A program made the position numbers and the translations under genes. DNA of 64,000 bases from assembly GCA_964016885.1 (NCBI GenBank), contig OZ024745.1, forward strand, positions 79,856,001-79,920,000, read 5' to 3'. Positions 1 through 14,104 of the stretch are shown in pieces. The notes under the pieces were generated by a model that saw only the letters and a program-made list of their open reading frames with translations, did not search any database and was not told where the DNA came from. Positions within the stretch are counted from its first letter, which is position 1, and every line of letters starts with the position of its first letter. The DNA comes from Eledone cirrhosa. Its lineage: Eukaryota.

Positions 1-2120
1 CTGTTCCAGCCATCCGGCTGAGGCCATGCTGGGGCACCACCCTTGTTGCTACACATTTTATCTCCAGCCTGTATTGGTTGGCCACTGGTGCAAGAGGGAG
101 TTTGTTGCTGCCGTCTTTAGGTTTCCCTCGTGCCTTGCTGTGGGCTCATCCGGGATCCTGGATAGCAAGGTGTCGAGATATTTCTTGAAGACATCCACCT
201 CCACCCCATGCAGATGTCTCAGATCCCTGGGCAGCTTGTTGAAGAGTTGAGGGCCCTTGAACCCCAGGCTATTGCAATATCTGCTCCTTATTCTAGATGT
301 GGAAGACGGGACCTTTGGCACCACACAGTGACGTTCTGTTCGACAGTTGGTGCAGCTCCCAATGCCAAAGTTTGGTGCTAGTCCCTCCAGGATTTTCCAC
401 ATGTAGATCATTGCGTATCTCTCCCGTCTTCGTTCAAAGGAGTAGAGGTTCAGTTCTTTTAGCCTCTCCCAGTAGCTTAACTCCTTCATCGTGGCAATAC
501 TCTTGGTGTAGCTTCACTGGATTGCCTCAAGCTCCGTGGTTAGTTTGACACTATGGGGTGACCACAACTGGGAGCAATAGTCCAGGAGGCTTAGGACAAA
601 TGTCCCCCATAGTGTCAACATGGTGTCTCGGTCTCTTGTCCGGAAAGTCCTCAAGATTCAGCCAGCGAATCGTCTGCACATTGTCGCCACTTTCATGATG
701 TGTGAGGAAAAAGATACATCATCGCTCATGTCTATACCCAGGTCTTGTATCGATTTTGACACGGGGATATCGTTCCCTCCTGGTCCTGCGTAACTGTATT
801 GTACTGTATTTGTGTTTGCGGGTTTGTATTGTAGGGCTTGGAATTTGCCAGCAGTTGTTGTCTTCCGCCCATTTTTATATGACATCCAGATCTTGTTGTA
901 AAAGGGCAGCGTCAGCCGGCTTTTCGATTGCTTGTGCTACCTTAGTGTCATCAGCATAGCTAGTGAGGGATGTTGTTGTATGTACTACAGAGGGAATGTC
1001 TGAAAGATTCACCAAAAACAGTAGTGGTCCCAGGACTGTGCCTTGGGGCACCCCACTTGTTAATGATGTTTTCTTTGAGAGGGCCCCGTTTGCTGCAACT
1101 GTCTGGCTTCTGTCCTTTAAGAAGTCATGCAGCCACTCACCTACTTTTACAGTTATGCCGAGTCTGTGTAGTTTGTGACATATCATTCCGTGGTCGACCT
1201 TGTCAAAGGCCTTCGCAAAGTCAAGATATATCACGTCCACACGTGAGCTGTCTAGCAGTTGTTTCAGTACCCAGTCGTAGTGATGTAGCAGCTGCATAAG
1301 GCAGCTTCTTCCTGGGCGAAAGCCATGCTGCGTGCTAGTCAGGCGGTCATTTTCCTCGAGGAAAGTGATCAGTTTCTTTCTGATGACTTGCTCCATGACC
1401 TTACTGATATGCGACGTCAGGGAGACTGGCCTATAGTTTTTGGCCTCCGCTCTGCTACCTCCTTTATGGATAGGGCATATTATGCCTTCTTTCAGCTCCC
1501 TGGGTAGTATACTGCTAGCCAAGAAGCTTCTGAAGAGCGTCTTCAGTGGAATTGCTAAGGCCCGCTTACATGTTTTTAAGAGGGCTGCTGGGAATCCATG
1601 AGGTCCAGCAGCTGAGTCTGTTCTAATTTCATCTATGGCGTATACCACATCCTCCTCTGTTATGTCTATGTGGTTGATGGTCGCCATTTCTTCATGTAGT
1701 GTTGTGGCATCAAAGAACTCCTCTGGCTTTGTTATTTGCATGTGCCTCAGTGGACATGTGAACACACTTTTGTACTGTTCGTTCAGTATTTCACATATCT
1801 CTTGGGGATTCTCGGTTAATGAACCGTCTGTATGGAAGAGTGGCCCAATCTTGCAGTGTACCGAGGCATGTTCTTTTGCAAACTTAAAGAAGGCATTAGG
1901 GTTTGTTTTAATATTTTCTATGGCCCTGCTTTCTTTCTTTGCCCTCTCATTTTCATGGGAAAGTTTGAGTGCAATCTCGGTGTCTAGTAGTACACGTTTC
2001 AAATAGGATTCCTTCATGTTTTTTTTTCTTGTTGTGCATGGTTGAGAGCTTGGTTCTACGTCTCATAATGATTTTCCTATCTCTGGGAATAAGATTTTTG
2101 TGTTTGTTTGCCTTTTTCCC
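1..2120 (-). mobile_element. 5'-truncated, disrupted LINE of the CR1/L2 group (RT plus C-terminus and 3' tail)
   Basis: ORF 875-2017 has RT motifs NYRPVSLTS, QHGFRPGRSC, YLDFAKAFDKVDH, SGVPQGTVLGP, YADDTK. It continues through broken frames 658-885 and 58-489 (LSYWERLKELNLYSFERRRERY). The 3' tail at 1-42 recurs at 46916. Confidence 0.92.
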
Positions 2121-2132
2121 ATATATATATAT

Positions 2133-2550
2133 AGTGAAAGAATGAAGAGTAACTTGGTTGGCTGTACAATAAGGGACTTTATTTAAAGTACTGACAATTG
2201 TTTCGTTGGTCAGGTGAGTCTAGAGTTCGCTAATCGCTTGAGGTTGCGTCACTCGATCTCCAATACATTATTTACCTCTGGTCAACACATCAGAGTACGT
2301 AGATATAAAAATAATTTACTCGAGGCAAAACATATATAGAAGAATAGCGTATAATCAAAACAATAACATCAATAATAAAACATATATGGTAAATAGGTAG
2401 AGAAGTTACAGATGTAAAAGTAAAAAGTATGAGATAAGATAGGGTACATTAAAAAAGTAAGAAATGATAAAATGGAAAATATAAAGAAATAAATAAGGAT
2501 AAGTGAGAGCATGTAAGTATATGTACCTATAATGATAACTTGTTATCCCA
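2133..2550 (-). mobile_element. PLE 3' end (pLTR) fragment between (TA)n tracts
   Basis: TA-flanked. The minus strand carries a hammerhead-like core followed by AATAAA. Confidence 0.6.
2188..2298 (-). ncRNA. Type I hammerhead-like ribozyme with long stem II (core variant CUGAUGU)
   Basis: Minus: gtact-CTGATGT-gttgaccag...ctgaccaac-GAAA-caattg-TC-agtac. Stem I gtact/agtac; palindromic stem III. Confidence 0.6.
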
Positions 2551-2579
2551 TATATATATATATATACATATATATATCA

Positions 2580-2730
2580 GTCTGATCTTTGAGCTTAAAT
2601 TTTGAAAGTGCTGCTGTGGTCTGGGCAGATCTGGCGAGTACTTCGGGTTTAAGTCCTTCATCTGAAATGATTGCCCCCAAATATTTAAAACTGTTGACGC
2701 ACTCTTGTTTCTCGCTGTTGACCCTGATGT
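2580..2730 (-). mobile_element. RTE-clade LINE RT fragment
   Basis: Manual translation IRVNSEKQECVNSFKYLGAIISDEGLKPEVLARSAQTTAALSK (FKYLG motif). Confidence 0.7.
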
Positions 2731-3121
2731 GTGCGTATCACCCGTATGTATAATTAAATTACAATGGAATAAGATCCCTAACTTAAGTTTTCCTTTTGAC
2801 TAAACACAACACACATTGGGTAAGCCCTTGTCTATTAATAGAGTAGTAAAATATATCATAAGTGTAACCTGATAATTAAATATGAATATAGACAAATTTA
2901 GTCAATATTCCTTATCTAACCCTTTATTTTCTATTTTTTTTATTTTTCTCTTATATGGTTTCTTCATTAATTAACATTTCTTAATTGATTGAGTCTTATT
3001 AACAATTATAATTGAATTTTCATTATATTATCCTGCCAGCACACTACTGATAAATTATTTATACCTCCTGGGATAATACTCACTTTATACACTGTTCTTT
3101 AGTAATAGCCTAATGTTATAT

Positions 3122-3350
3122 AAATAATTGTTTTTACTATTGGCACAAGGCCAGTAATTATCACAGTACATTACTGGTACTTTATTTTATCGACCCCCGT
3201 AAGGATGAAAGGCAAAGTTAACCTCGGCGGGATTTGAACTCAGAATGGCAAGGGCCGTAACTCTATGCATCAAAGCGTGGCGTCCGACCCTCTACCGATA
3301 CTGTCAATAATTGTTTCTACTTTTGGCACAAGGCCAGCAATTATCCCAGT
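3122..3350 (-). mobile_element. tRNA-derived SINE plus a partial second 3' end
   Basis: B-box GAGTTCAAATCCC on minus; core CCTTTCATCCTTACGGGGGTCGATAAAATAAAAGTACCAG; about ten copies in the window. Confidence 0.85.
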
Positions 3351-3352
3351 GT

Positions 3353-4066
<714 letters not shown>

Positions 4067-4185
4067 CATATATACATAGAAGTGGCTACACAACAGTTGG
4101 TTCACCATACCGAGAACAATTGTTTCACCTTAGCAGATCCTCAACTGCTCTACCACTACGGATATTACCTTTCAGTCTTCTACCA

Positions 4186-4262
<77 letters not shown>

Positions 4263-4263
<1 letters not shown>

Positions 4264-4790
4264 AAGTATGTATACGTACATACATATATGTATACAGACG
4301 TACGGTAGTATGTATATATATATACATACATGCACACATATATATATGTACGTATGGGTTTATCCATTTATTATAATGTTCGGTTTGTTTGTAAACAAAC
4401 AGCCCGAATTAAGCCGTACAGTGTTCGGCAACCATCGTCGCCCGTTTGTTCAACACTGACAAAAGAACGATGAACTAGTTTCAAGCTTATTAGCTATCGT
4501 CAGCATCGTATATCTTCCTGTCAGATGATTGAACGTTTGAAAGTATATACTTTCCTTATGCATATTAACGGCTGAGCAGCCTAATTTGCATATCGAGTGA
4601 GTTAGTCGGCCGGGCGTACCGAAAACGATAAATGGAATAGAATGAAACGAAATTTCATTTCTGACTCTTAGTACGGCTGATACTTAAATATAAGTATGTA
4701 TACATATATGTACGTAAGTATACATCCTTATATTTAAGTATCAGCCGTACTAAGAAAGGAGAAATTTCATTTCATTTCATTCTTTTCCAT
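4263..4790 (-). mobile_element. PLE family C pLTR fragment with terminal fold-back palindrome
   Basis: Copies at 7275-7775, 53380-54150 and 63292-63955; HHR inside; 4667-4755 is a hairpin. Confidence 0.75.
4467..4509 (-). ncRNA. Minimal type I hammerhead ribozyme (family C)
   Basis: Minus: acgatg-CTGACGA-tagctaataagctt-GAAA-ctagt-TC-atcgt. Stem I acgat/atcgt; palindromic stem III aactagtt. Confidence 0.85.
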
Positions 4791-4816
4791 ATATATATAT
4801 ATATATATGGAAAAGA

Positions 4817-5197
4817 ATGCCCTACATCACCAACACCACCACCTTCCAGGGTCCCAACGGCCACTCTCTCTCTGTCCGGCATGCCTTCCGCTCCACCTCC
4901 TCCAGCCTAGTCTGCGGACTACGCTGCACGGATTGCAGCGCAACCTACGTCGGACAGACTGGACGTCGCCTGAAGGACCGGTTTAACGAACACCTCCGAG
5001 ATATTCGTCTCGGTGGTAGTTCCCCCATCGCCCGCCACTTTGGTGCCCCTGGACATTCCGCACACCACCTCACAGTCTGTGGCCTACTCCAATGCCACGG
5101 AACACCCGCCACTCTCCTCAGGGTCGAACAACGAACCATCTTCACCCTACAGACCCACACTCCCCCCGGCCTGAACTCCCCACCCTTATTACTTTAG
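4817..5197 (+). CDS. PLE GIY-YIG endonuclease domain (C-terminal fragment)
   Basis: LVCGLRCTDCSATYVGQTGRRLKDRFNEH...PIARHF...GH...RVEQRTIFTLQTHTPPGLN: YVG, RxxEH, CCHH and GLN motifs. Confidence 0.85.
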   Translation: MPYITNTTTFQGPNGHSLSVRHAFRSTSSSLVCGLRCTDCSATYVGQTGRRLKDRFNEHLRDIRLGGSSPIARHFGAPGHSAHHLTVCGLLQCHGTPATLLRVEQRTIFTLQTHTPPGLNSPPLLL

Positions 5198-6697
5198 CCT
5201 TTAACCGCCCCCTCCCCCCACACATATCCCCCACTAACACCACTAACACACCCCTCCTTTTCACCACCCACCCCACAACTGACAATACTAACACCTCCAC
5301 CCCACACCCGACCACCCTTCCCCAACTAACATACTAACATCCCTCCCTTCTTCTCCCCTCTCCCCTTATCACACGCACACACCCACCGGTACATATATAC
5401 ACGCGCTCACACTAAACACACACCCTACTACCACCACTAACCCTCACCCCCACACATCCACCCCACCACTCCGCAACTAACATCACTAACACCCCCCGAC
5501 CCCACGCACACGAACACACACACCCGCTTATACCACCCACTCTACACGCAACTAACATCACTAGCACCCCCCAACCCTACGCACACGAACACACACACCC
5601 ACTTACACCACCCACTCTACACACCCTACCACCACTGACCCCCACTCACACCCGCATTCAACCCTTTCCCCACCTCCAGTATACTAACACCCACTAACAT
5701 CCCCTTCACCACACACACACTCAACCAAACACGCACACACACACCAGTACACTACACTTCCTCCACCGCCCCCACACCCTTCTCTCCCCGCTCCACCCAC
5801 ACCCTTTCTCACACACACACACATCCCACTAACACCTCTACTAATACACACACACCCCCTCCTCACTCCAACTTTCACACCTACCCATCCCCTCCCCTGT
5901 CCACCGCACCTCCGCACACACTGACACACCGACTTTATTCACTTACCATTCTCCCCGACTGCTGCTATGCCCTTATCTCTGACCACCTCCCCGCACACAC
6001 AGACACACAACCCTCCTCCTGCCTTGACCCGCTGACCACTTCCTGTTGCGAGCGCACCCCACATCTCCCCTCTTCCGACCAACCCAACCACGGATTACAC
6101 ATATTGAACATCGATCCCTAGAATCCACCACATCCCAAGGATATTACCCAGCATTCCACCACATCCTCTACGGAACTACCTTAAGGACTCAGCCACTGAC
6201 ATACACTCAAAATAATTTTTTTCCCACACGCCACCTACATCCACCACACACATAAACACCACACACACACGTGCGTACCCCCACATATTTACACACTCAG
6301 TTTCCGGAATCCTCTCCCCCCACCCCTCTGACCCCTCCCCATCCACACGCACACACACAACGACCTGCACCCCACCCCACACACACCTCTTCCTGAACAT
6401 GCAACTCCGTTCTTCCCCCAACTCTTACTTTCACATACACACACACACACGTACACCTACACACAAACCACCTTCAGCCCTCCCCGCTCGGACATCCCGC
6501 CTCCCTCTCCCCACTCGACCCGCCACACCCCTACACGCCCCACACCCTTCCACCACCTGTTTTACTTCATGTTTATTTTTATTTTTATTATGCTTTTATA
6601 TTTAATTTCATTTGTACCGTTTCCTCTCACCCCCTTTTTTCTATATGTCTCTCCACCACTCCCCTACACACCCTTGGAACTCTCTTCCCACACACTT

Positions 6698-6733
6698 TTC
6701 ACCTGAAGAAGGGCTTATGCCCGAAACGTCGTT
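6698..6733 (+). ncRNA. Minimal hammerhead ribozyme
   Basis: CTGAAGA-agggcttatgccc-GAAA-cg-TC; stem I is weak. Degenerate copy at ~43453-43483(-). Confidence 0.7.
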
Positions 6734-7272
6734 CCCCACCACCACCCCACTCTCAAGAGCGTGAAACTAATAAACCTTTGTTCATACTGCCTCTCTGTTT
6801 TGTTCCCGTTCAATTGTTTACTATATATATATATTTTTTTTTTAATATATTTTTATAGATTTTTACCCTTCATTGTTCTACTTACCGTTTCGACTTCCTA
6901 TCCCTCCCCCTCCCTAGTATCTTCTTTGACCTCACGCCCAGCTGTAGCCGGCACTACCAACGCATGAATAGGTCTACCCCACCCCCTCCCCCTTTTCTCC
7001 TACCGGCAGGTTTAGCTACCCCTTCCCCCACTAATTTGCCATCACAGAATTACTACTAACTTGTGACCAATCCTTGTGACAATCACTTTGACCATATATG
7101 GAATTACCCCTTGAGAAGCTCGGCTATTTAAATACCAGGATAAATTTTCATTTAGTCCAGAATTAGCCGTCGAAATGGCTTGAGCTCAGCCGTCGGGGTC
7201 TTACTGGTTCCTATATATATATATATGTGTGTGTGTGTAGATAAATCTACCAAAATATACGGTAGTGTCCAA

Positions 7273-8199
<927 letters not shown>

Positions 8200-8200
<1 letters not shown>

Positions 8201-9632
8201 TTTTAAAAGTGCTGCATTAGCTAATACAACATCCTTGGCTGAAATAATTAATAATTATAGAAAAAAGAATATCGATTATAACCTGACCTGGAGTGTGCTC
8301 AAAAGGGCCACCCCTTATCAAAATAACAGATATGAGTGTAGATTATGTTCCCATGAACTTTTTGAAATAATGAAATCTAAGAATATCCTATTAAATAAGC
8401 GACAAGAATTAATTATATCGTGCAATCATAGAATATTATAAACCTAATTAATATAAACTTATATTTTACAAATAATTAGTTTTTTTTAATTTAGTTAACC
8501 TATAATTAGTATTTTACTACTGAGAACTTCATAATTTTATTTCCCTTTTTCAGCTATCTTTTCCTAAAATTAATACCTATAAGTATACATATAAACTATT
8601 TTAATTTCCTGTTATGAATCTAAATTCCTTGTAGTCTATATAAGTTTGTTATTTCTCACTAATACATTTATGCCCCCAATTTTTTTTCCTTCGTTTTTAA
8701 CAACATTCTTTAATAACATCTAACTCTTATTTATCACATCTATATGAATTAATATACATTTATCCCTATGAGTATACCTATCAATTAAATTAATTTAATT
8801 TCTTTTTATAGATCTAAATTCCTTATGTTCTAAATAAGATTGGTATTTTTCACTAAAACATTTATCCTAAAATTTTATTCTCCTTAGATTTTAACATTAG
8901 CATTATTCTTTAATAACATCAAATTTTCCTGTACCTTTCACCGGCTTGACCTCTTTTCACCCCCAAAGTAATCTTTTCATTCAAAGTATTCTTTCCATTC
9001 AAACTGAAGTCTGCATTCCTCTACCCCTAAATTAAATTTCTACTACTACTATTCTATCAACTTGACCACTTACTACTTTTCTATTGGTCAATTCAAAACC
9101 TGTTCCCAAACAGACCTATTATATTAAATCTTTGTTGGGTTTTTTTTCAATAAACAAATATCATTATTTCTGCTTTCATCCTTACGGGGTCGATAAAATA
9201 AAGTACCAGTAATGCTCTGGTTAATTGCTGGCCTTGTGCCAAAAGTAGAAATAATTATTTCTGAAGACAGTAGATCGGCAGTATCGGTAGAGGGTCAGAC
9301 ACCATGCTTTCCAGCATAGTTACGTCCCTTTACGATCTGAGTTCAAATCCCGCCGAGGTTGACTTTGCCTTTCATCCTTACGGGGTCGATAAAATAAAGT
9401 ACCAGTAATGCACTGGATAATTGCTGGCCTTGTGCCTAAAAGTAGAAACAATTATTTCTGAAGACAGCATATATATGTGTAGGTATGTATATTCCCTCTG
9501 ATAGTTTGTAAAATGTTGACATAGATCTATATGATATACATACCAACACACATATATATAGAAACGATCGTAAAATGATGAATTTTTTAATATAACGAAC
9601 TGTTTCTTTGTTTTTATTCATTGTTTTTATTA

Positions 9633-9637
<5 letters not shown>
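8200..9637 (+). mobile_element. PLE family A (Hydra-type) 3' portion: GIY-YIG C-terminus, 3'UTR, HHR; interrupted by two SINEs
   Basis: SFKSAALANTTSLAE...LTWSVLKRATPY...CRLCSHE...LLNKRQELIISCNHR; ends in a long (TA)n. Confidence 0.88.
9172..9455 (+). mobile_element. Two tandem tRNA-SINE insertions at one site
   Basis: Truncated copy 9172-9255 and near-full copy 9272-9451; ttatttctg(aagacag) is repeated around them. Confidence 0.85.
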
Positions 9638-9712
<75 letters not shown>

Positions 9713-9914
9713 TAATCAGAGATCAGAGCAAACAGCACGGACACTCTATCTCAAAATTATTTTTGAAAAGCATTTAGAAATGCGCAACCGGTAAAAACTT
9801 AAAAACTTAAAACCACAACTGAATACTAACCCATACAATCACTAATACTCTTTTATTCCTAATTAAACCATTTTTCAACTGTGAACAATTTGTCAGCATT
9901 TTCTATTCCGTTTA

Positions 9915-10029
<115 letters not shown>

Positions 10030-10125
10030 TGAGCTGTTTTTTAGAGACAAGACATGTTTGAGATGTTTGATTTTGTATCATTCATGACACCCTTTACTTT
10101 GAACGTAATAATAATATATATAATA

Positions 10126-10320
10126 TATTCATTTATTATGGCTATTGGTGAGATTTGTTACTCTAAAGTTTCACCTGTGCACTCACAGGATCACCTTTCT
10201 TCTCTGATGATCCTGTGATTATGCAGGTGAGACTCCGGAGTAACAAGGCTTAGCCATAATAAATGAGTATTTAAACTATACTTCGGTATTTAGTTTTCAT
10301 TCTTACGTCCGTCAATAATT
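10126..10320 (+). mobile_element. PLE family G pLTR end as fold-back palindrome with HHR (10200-10245)
   Basis: CTGATGA-tcctgtgattatgcaggt-GAGA-ctccggag-TA (GAAA in the copy at ~23835); 10126-10193 is inverted; a further copy begins at 63979. Confidence 0.7.
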
Positions 10321-10513
10321 CACGTACTCTCAGGTCTTGAATAATCGTCCCCACCCCTCCGCTTATTAATTTGTCAGGCCCCCGCACCCCGAGTTTTGTT
10401 CCACCCCACCCTCACCTGCATATTAAATTTTGCTAATCTATCTCCGATGAAAATTTAATGTAAGTGATTCATATTGATACAGCAGCTAGAGAATCTAATA
10501 ATTTTATTTTGCA

Positions 10514-11930
10514 CTAGCTCCGAAGTGCCGTATTTTCCATCCCATCTCCGCATTGCCATAGGGGGTGTCATCCTAGCTCCATATTTCCATACTGTATCAC
10601 TGAAGCTCCCCAGTTACATAGTGTGCCACCCTAGCTCCGTAGTGCCATACTGTGGCACCCTAGCTCCGAAGTCCCGTATTTTCCACCCTATCTCCCCATT
10701 GCCATAGAGGGGGGGGGGGGGTCATCCTAGCTCCATATTTCCATACTGTATCACTGAAGCTCCCTAGTTACATAGTGTGTCATCCAAGCTCCGCAGTGCC
10801 ATAGTGCGTTACCCTAGCTCCGAAGTGCCGTATTTTCCACCCTATCTCCCCATTTCCACAGGGAAATCACACTAGCTTCATATTTTCGTACTGTGTCACT
10901 GAAGCCCCCCAGTTCCATACTGTGCCTCCTAGCTCCGCAATGCCATAGTGCGGCACACTAGATCCGAAATGTCGTAATTTTCAACACTGTCTCTCCATTG
11001 CTATAAGGGTGTCAACCTAGCTCCATTTTTCCATACTGTATCACTGAAGCTCTCTAGTTCCATAGTGTATCGTTCTAGCTCCGCGGTGCCATAGTGCGGC
11101 ATACTAGATCCGAAGTGCCGTATTTTGCAACCCTATCTCTCCATTGCCATCGGTGAGGGGGTTCACCGTAGCTCCAATATTTCTATACTGTGTCACTGAA
11201 GCTCCCCAAATCCGTAGTATGCCACCTTAGCCCCACAGTGCCATAGTGCGGCACGCTAGCTTCAAAGTGCCATATTTTCCCACACTATCGCCCCATTTCC
11301 ATAGGGAAATCACACTAACTTCATATTTTCAAACTGTCACTGAAGCTCTCTAGTTCCATAGTGTGCCACCCTAGCTCCGCAGTGCCATAGTGCGGCACAC
11401 CATATCCGAAATACCGTAATTTGCAACACTGTCTCCCCATTGCCATGGGGGAGGGGGCACCCTAGCTCCAATATATCCCTAGCTCCAATATATCCAAACT
11501 GTGTCACTAAAGATCCCCAGTTCCATAGTGTGTTACCCTAGCTTCGCAGTGCCATAATGTCCCACCCTAGCTTCGCAGTGCCATAGTGCGGCACACTAGA
11601 TCCGAAGTGTCGTATTTTGCAAACCTATCACCCCTATTGCCACAGGGGGTTGTCCTAGCTCCAATATTTCCATACTGTGCCATTGAAGCTCCCCAGTTTA
11701 ATAGTGTGTCACCAAAGCCCCGCAGTGCTATAGTGCGGCACACTAGATCCGAAGTGCCGTATTTTTCCACCCTGTCTACCTATTGCCATAGGGGGTCACC
11801 CTAGCTCCATATTTTCGTACTGTGTCACTGAAACTCTGCAATTCCATGGTGTGCCTCCTTAACTCCGCAGTGCTATAGTGCGGCACCCTAGCTCCGAAGT
11901 GCCGTATTTTAACATTCTATCTCGCCATTG
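10514..11930. repeat. Tandem array, ~10 diverged units of ~146 bp with internal ctagctcc/ctagatcc sub-repeats
   Basis: Unit starts (ctagctccgaagtgccgtatttt) at about 10514, 10660, 10814, 10957, 11105, 11256, 11400, 11597, 11743, 11888. Confidence 0.9.
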
Positions 11931-12092
11931 TCATATTTTACCATCCTATGTTCCCAGTGCCATACTGCCCCTTAACAGCATCTTAAGACGATTATGTATA
12001 TGTATTTGCTTGTTGTATCCCAACAATTTAAATAGAACTTCTACATATATTCTGCTCCTTTATTGTCGAGCGCTTTATATTATAACTGAAAA

Positions 12093-13772
12093 ATGGAATT
12101 CTTTAAGATCTCTTCTTCTCTAAAGGACATACCTTTACCTAGGAATAAAGACTTTATTAAACAATTAATAGAAAAATCAGACTCTTTTATAAGAAGAATC
12201 AGGTGGTGTGCTTTCCACTTCGATAAATCTGATGTAAATGAGAATGTCTCCAAGCTTGATAAAATCTTCAAATCTAAAAAAAATCAACCCCCCAACAAAA
12301 ACTACTAATGGATTTTGAAAATGAAATCATATCTATCATTCAAAGCATCAAATTCAAAAACAACTTCAAAGGCCAGGATTACCTAAGAAATATCAAAAAT
12401 AATATTGAAAACTTGGAGAAAACTGAGAAAATTCTAGTCAAGTCAGACAAAACCAATAATCTTTACGGAATACAAAAGGACATCTATAACGACCTTATAT
12501 TAAAGGAATTAAGGAAGAAATACAAAATAACAAATAATGACGACCTTGAAAAATTGAATACAGATGCCTCTTATATGATGCATAAATTAGGCATTGAAAA
12601 TAGGACACAACCCTTCATGCCAAGGAAACCTAAAATTAATATGAAGGATCACAAAAGGAACTTTGAAACTGAATTACTAGTCAGATTAATTGCACCATCT
12701 AAATCGGACCTTGGCATACTTAGCAAGAATATTTTAGACAGAATAATACCACAAATTAAGGAATTATCTTATTTAAAATTATGGAAAGGAACTAATGAAG
12801 TTATCGAATGGTTTAAGGAAATTAAATATAACTATAATAATAAGTTTATTCAATTGGATATTGCTAATTATTACTCATCCATCACTCCTAATCTACTTAA
12901 TAAAGCACTAACATATGCATTTAAACATACAGACTTAACTAGTAATGAAATGCACATTATCTTAACGGCACGGAAAACATTAATAGAATTTAATAACCAA
13001 CTCTGGACTAGAGCAGATAGAAATAATAATTTCGATATAGCTATGGGATCATCCGATTCCGCTCAGGTAACGGATCTTGTGGGCCTCTTTATAAATAATT
13101 CTCTACATAGGAAAATACCTGAGATGACCGGAGGTTTATATCGTGACGACATGCTATTACTTATCGAAAATAATAACTGTGAATTAAATAGGAAAAGAAA
13201 AGAAATTATACAATTATTTAATTACCTTAATCTAAAAGTAGAAATAGAGAATAACCATAAAATAGTTAATTTTCTAGATGTAACATTAAACCTTAACACA
13301 TGTCTTCATTATCCATTTCACAAACTAAACGAGAACTTAAACTACGTTAATTTTAACTCTAATCACCCAAGATCCGTTAAAAATACTATAGTGAATTCTG
13401 TACAGCAACGCATTTCTAGAATTTCAGCTAATAAGAATATATTTGATGATAAAGCACTTATTACAACGAAGCGTTAGGTAGAGCTGGATATAGAAATAAA
13501 ATTAAATACATTGATAATAATAATATAACAACTAACCATAATCTTAACAATTTTAACAACTATAATAGAAAACCTTACAATAATTCGGAAAACAAAAAAA
13601 GAAATAGAACTAGGAATATATTATGGTTTGCGCCTCCTTTCTCATTAAATATTAAAACTCCTATTGCTAAACTATTCTTTAAAGCTCTTGACAAATGCTT
13701 CCCTAGAACACATAGATATTACTCAATATTTAATAGACATACTATAAAATTAATTTATTCATCCACCAAAAA
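12093..13772 (+). pseudogene. PLE reverse transcriptase, frameshifted near 12300 and 13460
   Basis: KSDKTNNLY, MKDHKRNF, VRLIAPSKSDLG, FIQLDIANYYSSI, FDIAMGSSDSAQVTDLVG, GLYRDD, VNFLDVTLNL, SNHPRS, then RNILWFAPPFS...IFNRHTIKLIYS. Confidence 0.9.
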
Positions 13773-13830
13773 TTTATCTGATGAAAGCACACCATAATTT
13801 AACTTGGTGTCCTTGAAATATGTATAATGA
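13773..13830 (+). ncRNA. Type I hammerhead ribozyme (family H)
   Basis: ttat-CTGATGA-aagcacacc[loop]ggtgtcctt-GAAA-tatg-TA-taat. Copies at ~39350-39406(+), ~39121-39178(-), ~63160-63216(+). Confidence 0.8.
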
Positions 13831-13876
13831 AATAAATATGGTTTTATAAATATAGTTTCCATTTGTTAATATATCG

Positions 13877-14017
<141 letters not shown>

Positions 14018-14104
14018 GAGTTTATGTTGGTTGTATACCAACACCTCAGTATGCAGGCTGGAGCACTCGACGAAGTGCGCAGGTTGGTTTGGTTACTCCG
14101 GAGT

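Larger units (their letters stand above)
4810..6825 (+). mobile_element. 5'-truncated PLE (Neptune-like, C-terminal CCHH GIY-YIG) with long CA-rich 3'UTR and HHR
   Basis: Starts right after (TA)n and ends in (TA)n; GIY-YIG ORF; HHR at ~6700; reverse-complement copy at 43366-44950. Confidence 0.85.

Noticed and set aside
10514-11930. Repeat array as CRISPR or as a repeat-protein exon
   Set aside because: No unique spacers or cas genes, eukaryotic context, variable unit length and interrupted frames.
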